Source: Planctomycetota bacterium
GTDB lineage: Bacteria > Planctomycetota > UBA8108 > SXIK01
NCBI GenBank assembly: GCA_965223845.1
Contig: CBDCXR010000004.1
Coordinates: 7,584,001 to 7,648,000, forward strand
Direction of reading: 5' to 3'
DNA length: 64,000 nucleotides
The notes beneath the pieces were generated by a model that saw only the letters and a list, made by a program, of their open reading frames with translations, did not search any database and had not been told where the DNA came from. This document shows, piece after piece, positions 59,217-64,000 of this stretch; within the stretch, counting starts at the first letter, position 1, and each line of letters opens with the position of its first letter. The position numbers and the translations under genes are program-made.

Positions 59217-60584
59217 TCACGAGGGCGCGGAGGTCTCCGAATGCGTCTCGGGGTCGCTTTCGAGCGCGTTTGCCGCGCGTACGATGAGCTCGCGTACGGA
59301 TATTCCGTTCAGTGCTTCGATCGCGGACGGATGGGCGAATACTCGCACGCGCTTTACGTAGTCGTCGAACTGTTCGCGTGCGAGCGCTCGAACGACCGGC
59401 GACACGTCCTCGAAGCGCCGGTAAACGCCCGTCTTCTCGAAGAAAATGTCGATGTTGAACTCGACCTCCTTCGCAACGGGAGGCGCGTCGAAGAGGATCG
59501 CGTCGGCCGCGATGTCCTCGCCCGCTGCGGCCGACGCCAGCGCCGCAAACTCCTCGGAGAGGCGAACGAGCCAGGGATACGGGCGCCGGGCGACCCGTTC
59601 GTAGAGATCGCGCTCCTCGAAGTAGCTGTATTGGGCGAGACGTTTGTAGAGGATTCGCCGCGGACCGAAGAGGCCCCCGACGAGGCCGACGCACGGGCTC
59701 CCTTCGGCGGCGTGCTCGAGCGCGCGCGCCATGCCGTCGTCGCTGAGCTGAAAGAGCGACGGCAAGTCGAGCGACGGGAGAAGTCGGTAGAACGCGCGCT
59801 GAAGCATCGCCGTGCCCGCGCGGACGCAGTGGTGCCAGTAGACTTCGCTGAACATCACGTAGCGGGCGAAGACGAGCAGCTCGGCCGCGGTTTTTCCCTT
59901 CTCGCTGAGCGCGAGGCCGTCGCCGTCGCGATTGAGGCGGAGGCTCTTGATCAGTCGCTCGACATCGAAATTCCGGCCGTACGGAACTCCCGCGTGGAGA
60001 CTGTCGCGCATCAAATAGTCGAGCTTGTCGACGTCGACCGGACCGGAAAGGAGACTCGAAAGCAACCGCTCGGAAGGCGTGGTGCCGGTCTCGCCGAGTA
60101 GGCGAAGAATCTCATCCGAGGAGAAGCCCCAGTCGTTTTCGAGGAGCGTTGCCACTTCGGGCGACTGCAGGTGCGTCCGGCAGAACTCTTCGTGTCGCGG
60201 AATGTCCGGAAGCGCGAGGTCCTCGATCGGATGGCAGTACGGCCAATGCCCGAGGTCGTGGAGCAAGGTGGTCACGAGGAACTGCTCGACCTCCGGTGGC
60301 GATACGATCGCGCGGAAACGCTCGTCCTCGCTCAGTTGATCGACGACGAGGAGTCCCATGCGGTAGACGCCGAGAGAGTGCTCGAAGCGGGAGTGAGTCG
60401 CGCCGGGGTAGACGAGTGGAACCAGCCCGAGCTGCTTCACCGAGCTGAGACGGCGAAAGGCCGTGGTGTCGATGAGGCGACGCACGCGCGACGTCAGAGG
60501 GACATCGACCTCCGGAGGGATGCGCACCGTACCGCCGGGCGCTCGCAGAGCTTCGAGCTCTGGGAGCGCGCGAATCTCGTTCAC
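59217..60584 (-). CDS. HD-domain phosphohydrolase (dNTP triphosphohydrolase / YwfO-like)
   Basis: FRRL..VKQLG..VYPGATHSRFEHSLG, LLHDLGHWPYCH and DVDKLDYL.RD. GTG 60584 follows a GGAGG RBS. Confidence 0.9.
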   Translation of the reverse strand: MNEIRALPELEALRAPGGTVRIPPEVDVPLTSRVRRLIDTTAFRRLSSVKQLGLVPLVYPGATHSRFEHSLGVYRMGLLVVDQLSEDERFRAIVSPPEVEQFLVTTLLHDLGHWPYCHPIEDLALPDIPRHEEFCRTHLQSPEVATLLENDWGFSSDEILRLLGETGTTPSERLLSSLLSGPVDVDKLDYLMRDSLHAGVPYGRNFDVERLIKSLRLNRDGDGLALSEKGKTAAELLVFARYVMFSEVYWHHCVRAGTAMLQRAFYRLLPSLDLPSLFQLSDDGMARALEHAAEGSPCVGLVGGLFGPRRILYKRLAQYSYFEERDLYERVARRPYPWLVRLSEEFAALASAAAGEDIAADAILFDAPPVAKEVEFNIDIFFEKTGVYRRFEDVSPVVRALAREQFDDYVKRVRVFAHPSAIEALNGISVRELIVRAANALESDPETHSETSAPS

Positions 60585-60613
60585 CGATCCTCCTTCGCTC
60601 GCCGAGCGATCAC

Positions 60614-63600
60614 CTACCTTGCGTCGCTCGGTGAAGCCGCGTGCGGAGTCCACACGTCGAAGAGGTCGAAGCGTGCGTTGATCTCCTTCGCATCCGTTAC
60701 CGCATTCTTCGCGATGAGCCCGATCTGTCGGGGAGGAGAGTCCCACGCGATCTCGGCGATGAAGCGGAAGGTCTCGCCGTCGTCGCTCGCAAGAAACGAG
60801 TAGAGATTTCCGCGGCGCCGCAGCCGCAGCCACACGGTGCGCGCGTCGATCGCCGGCGAACGCTTGTGCGCGACGCGACCGTTCTCTCGGAGGAGCACGA
60901 AACGGCGCGCCTCATCGGAGAACTCAAAGGAAGCCTTGAGAAAGTCGTCCGGACCGGCGAATGCGACGATCGCCGCTTGTTGATACGATTCGGACGGGCG
61001 GAAGCCGACGACGCGCGTGGTGATCTGATACTCGTCCTCGCTCGGCGCATCGACGAGGAAGAGATTGTGAAATCCGTTCCTCGTCCCGACGATCGCTCCG
61101 CGCTGCGTTCGAATCGTCAGCGCACCCTTGAGATCCGTGAGCGAGTGGTGACTTTCGTCTTCTGCGACGATGGTCCACTCGTCCGCGAGATCGCCGTTGA
61201 AATCATCGTGGAAGAGGGTTCGCCCCGGTCGGCTGCGAAGGAATCCCGCCCGCCCCGTCGCCTCGAGCGGAGCCCGGAGGCGAGGCAGCTTTCCGGCCTG
61301 GTGAAAGCTGTTCAGCTCGGCCGCGGCGCGGCGGTAGACTTCGTCTTCGATCCAGAACGGATCGAGGCGCCCTTCGACACTCAGCTCGCGGTAGTCCGCG
61401 CCGCGCGCGCCGCTCGAGAGGGTCACCGACCCGAGATGGATCCCTTCGCTCACCACATCCGCTGCGCTCGGGAGCGAGTACTTGGTGCGGCCGAAGCGCC
61501 ACAGAAACACATCCGGGCTGGTCGCGATCTCGTAGCTGAAGACGGCCGGCCGAGCCCGAACGGGCCGCATCCCCCAGAGACACTTCGACTGGACGAAGTT
61601 CTGCGCGCGAAAGTCGCGTGCCGCTCGCCAGACGACGTTTCCCGGGAGGACGATCTCGTCCCCGTTCTCGGTGTAGATGTACGGAATGCCGTTTACGCTG
61701 GAGCCGGTTTCGTTGTAGTAGCCGAACACGAACGCGAAGACTTCGCTCCCGGGGCCGTACGGACTGTAGCGAGACGGCGATCGTCGATCCGGAAAGCGCT
61801 CTCCGACGCGAGTCCAAAACGTCGCACCGAGATTCGCCTTCAAATCTTTCGGTCCGCGCACCTGGGCGGCGATTCGCAGCTGATCGCGGAAAGGGTTTCC
61901 GGCGAGGTACCGCACCGATCCTCGAATCCGCATCGCGCCGCGACCCGGAGACGTGCGGGAGTCGACGTTCGGATCGACGGGAAAGAAGTCGGCGAGCTGC
62001 GCCTCGTCGCGAAAGTCGTAGCGCACGCGAAGGATGCCGTCCGACGGATCGTAGCGAACCCGATTCGCCGGGGCGGCGAACCAGCCCTCCGGTGCGTCGA
62101 GACGGAGCAGGCGAGCGCGGCAGTCGATCCAGGCGGCGCGCAGGTCGGCGAGGAGCTCGCGCTCTCCCGAGAGGTATTGGCTGTCGAGCAACATCCGCCG
62201 AAGCGCTTCGAGCTCGCGCGTACACGAGGCGCGATCACTCGCGTTCGGGTCGAGCAGACTGATCCGCTCGAGGACCGGCTCGAGACGCGTCTCGAGATCG
62301 ACGCGAAGCATTCGCGCGAGCTCCTTCGCTCGCTCCTCGCGCCGCTCTCCGTTCGCTTCGTTCCCGACGAGGTGCGGCCATGCGCGGGCGGGACCTCCGG
62401 CGTGGAGGAGGAAAAGGCCTAGCGCCTCGCTCTTCGTCGCACCGCTCGAGCTCGCGGCGCCGCCGCTCGCGAGGAGTTGCTCGAGCGTTTCGTCGTCGAG
62501 CGCGGCGAGCTCGATCTCTTCCGTTTCGCCGCGCGGAGCGACGAGCTTTACGCTGAGGCCCGAGACCTCGCCCACCTGCCGTTTGACACGATCGCCGGAC
62601 TTCTTGTCGACGACGAGCTCGCCCGCCTTCTTGACGCCCGCTTGGAGTGCGTCGAGCACCGACCGAAACGCGCGGAGCTCGAGCGCCGTCCTCCGCGCCG
62701 TCGCGAGGATCGGCGCCGGAGGATCTTTCCCGATCAGCGCTTCGAGGGCGGACTCCGCCGGCTCGAACTCGAGCGATCGATAGGACGAACGGACGAGCGC
62801 GATGGCCGCTTCGAGCTCCGTCTCGAAACCCGTATGCGCCGCCTGCGCCGCCTCGATCGCGTCCGCTCTCGCTGTCAGCTCGGCGTCGTACTCGGCGGGG
62901 AGGCGCTCGCGCAGCTTTGCGATCTCCGCGAGGACGACGTCGAGCTCGCCGTTCTTTTCGAGCGTGGCGAGCCGCGCGGTGGCGTCGGCGAGAGTTTGAC
63001 GCGCCTCCTCGCGAATTGCGACTCGGGCTTTCCCGAGCTCGCGCTCGAGCTCGGGATGCTGTTTCGCGAAGGACTCGAGCGCCGCCCATGCGTCGCGGAG
63101 CTTACCCTCCTCTCGTTGCCGGCGAATCGTCCCGGTGAGGAGACTGCGCAGCGCGCGTTGACCGTCGAGCCTCGCGGTGAGCTTCGACCGCACGGTCTCG
63201 GCCTCTTTTCGCCACTTCTCGTCCGGGTACTCCTTCGCGAATTCTTCGAGCTGGGCGAGGAGTTGTCGCTCGTCGCGCGATCCGAGTTCGAGCTCTCTCT
63301 CTATGCGCGCGAGGGTTGTTGCCGCGGCCCGCTCTCGAATTTGCTCCGGCGTCGGAGCGGGCTCCGTGCTCGCGGGGGGGCTCGTCGTCGCATCCGCGGT
63401 CGCCGCCGCGTCTCCACGGGATGGAGTGCTGCCGGCCGGGTCGCCGGAGTCGTCGGGCGCAGGCTTCGTCGTCGCGGAATCATCCGCCGTCGTCGATCCG
63501 GCGTCACCCGGACTCACCGGCGGTGCCGGTGAGTCATCGCCTCCGGCGAGTGCGATCACGAGCGCGATGACGGCGACGAGAGCCGCCGCTCCCGACGCCC

Positions 63601-64000
63601 ACATCCAGCGGCGGCCGAGCGAACGCGATCTCGCTGCGACCGGCGCGGCCACGCCGACTCCGAGCACGGGCTGTAGCGCGTCGAGAAGCTCGTCCGCGGA
63701 CTGAAAGCGGTCGTCGGGTTCGCGCGCCATGAGTCGGTTGATCGCCGAGGTAAGGACTGGCGGCGCGTCGGCGGCGTGCGTGTCCAAGGGTGCCGGATCT
63801 TCCTGCACCTTCTTGAGAAGGACTTCCGCTGGAGTTTCGCCGGTGAACGGGCTGACGCCCGCGAGCGCGCGGTACATCGTCGCGCCCAGCGCGTAGAGGT
63901 CGGCGCGATGGTCGAGCGGCTTACCGAGCGCCTGCTCGGGCGCCATGTAGATCGGCGTTCCGAGCACCTTGCCGCCCTGGTAGAGAGTCCGCGAGCGGCG
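60614..64000 (-). CDS. Membrane Ser/Thr protein kinase, 5'-truncated; long C-terminal region ending in a ConA-like beta-sandwich domain
   Basis: GTPIYMAPEQ, ADLYALG and P.DRFQSA kinase subdomains; a TM helix; C-terminal DDF.G.L...W, YQQAAI, WLRLRRRG and ASDDG..F. Confidence 0.9.
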   Translation of the reverse strand, partial: RRSRTLYQGGKVLGTPIYMAPEQALGKPLDHRADLYALGATMYRALAGVSPFTGETPAEVLLKKVQEDPAPLDTHAADAPPVLTSAINRLMAREPDDRFQSADELLDALQPVLGVGVAAPVAARSRSLGRRWMWASGAAALVAVIALVIALAGGDDSPAPPVSPGDAGSTTADDSATTKPAPDDSGDPAGSTPSRGDAAATADATTSPPASTEPAPTPEQIRERAAATTLARIERELELGSRDERQLLAQLEEFAKEYPDEKWRKEAETVRSKLTARLDGQRALRSLLTGTIRRQREEGKLRDAWAALESFAKQHPELERELGKARVAIREEARQTLADATARLATLEKNGELDVVLAEIAKLRERLPAEYDAELTARADAIEAAQAAHTGFETELEAAIALVRSSYRSLEFEPAESALEALIGKDPPAPILATARRTALELRAFRSVLDALQAGVKKAGELVVDKKSGDRVKRQVGEVSGLSVKLVAPRGETEEIELAALDDETLEQLLASGGAASSSGATKSEALGLFLLHAGGPARAWPHLVGNEANGERREERAKELARMLRVDLETRLEPVLERISLLDPNASDRASCTRELEALRRMLLDSQYLSGERELLADLRAAWIDCRARLLRLDAPEGWFAAPANRVRYDPSDGILRVRYDFRDEAQLADFFPVDPNVDSRTSPGRGAMRIRGSVRYLAGNPFRDQLRIAAQVRGPKDLKANLGATFWTRVGERFPDRRSPSRYSPYGPGSEVFAFVFGYYNETGSSVNGIPYIYTENGDEIVLPGNVVWRAARDFRAQNFVQSKCLWGMRPVRARPAVFSYEIATSPDVFLWRFGRTKYSLPSAADVVSEGIHLGSVTLSSGARGADYRELSVEGRLDPFWIEDEVYRRAAAELNSFHQAGKLPRLRAPLEATGRAGFLRSRPGRTLFHDDFNGDLADEWTIVAEDESHHSLTDLKGALTIRTQRGAIVGTRNGFHNLFLVDAPSEDEYQITTRVVGFRPSESYQQAAIVAFAGPDDFLKASFEFSDEARRFVLLRENGRVAHKRSPAIDARTVWLRLRRRGNLYSFLASDDGETFRFIAEIAWDSPPRQIGLIAKNAVTDAKEINARFDLFDVWTPHAASPSDAR

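Noticed and set aside
1-64000. tRNA-Sec or other tRNA/rRNA genes, transposases, integrases
   Set aside because: The CTTCAAA anticodon-loop matches I noticed lie inside CDSs, and I recognised no cloverleaf, rRNA or mobile-element motifs by eye.

Overview
High-GC bacterial chromosome segment, probably Planctomycetota (inferred from the ThiD2-ThiE fusion, the FRRG-type dockerin-like tail, the redoxin-cytochrome c-monooxygenase fusion and the MoxR/vWA/DUF58/BatA operon). It is mostly housekeeping and metabolism: polyprenyl synthetase (partial), moaC, folD, mutL, a YmfF/YmfH-like M16 pair, clpC, gmhA, thiE, purM, dapF, sulfur carrier-MoeB-CysM, a fused 2-oxoacid dehydrogenase E1, a sigma70-family factor, an amidohydrolase, a PLP transsulfuration enzyme, valS, thrC, an ALDH, an HD protein and a Ser/Thr kinase (partial). 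I saw no rRNA, tRNA, CRISPR array or mobile element. The top finding is the first gene of the MoxR/vWA operon (6967-8742). It appears to read through two in-frame TGA codons, each in a repeated PGGT-(TGA)-x-G-x-G context just after a CPNC motif and each followed by a SECIS-like hairpin, so it is a candidate two-selenocysteine membrane protein that ORF callers would split. Also notable: a compact orphan sRNA candidate with a near-consensus promoter and terminator (about 24138-24235, minus), a second structured RNA candidate (about 25490-25659, plus), an enhancer-binding protein lacking GAFTGA, a STAND-like protein with a dead P-loop, and a sulfur carrier with a blocked GG-LAR C-terminus. All calls come from reading motifs by eye; no database searches were run.
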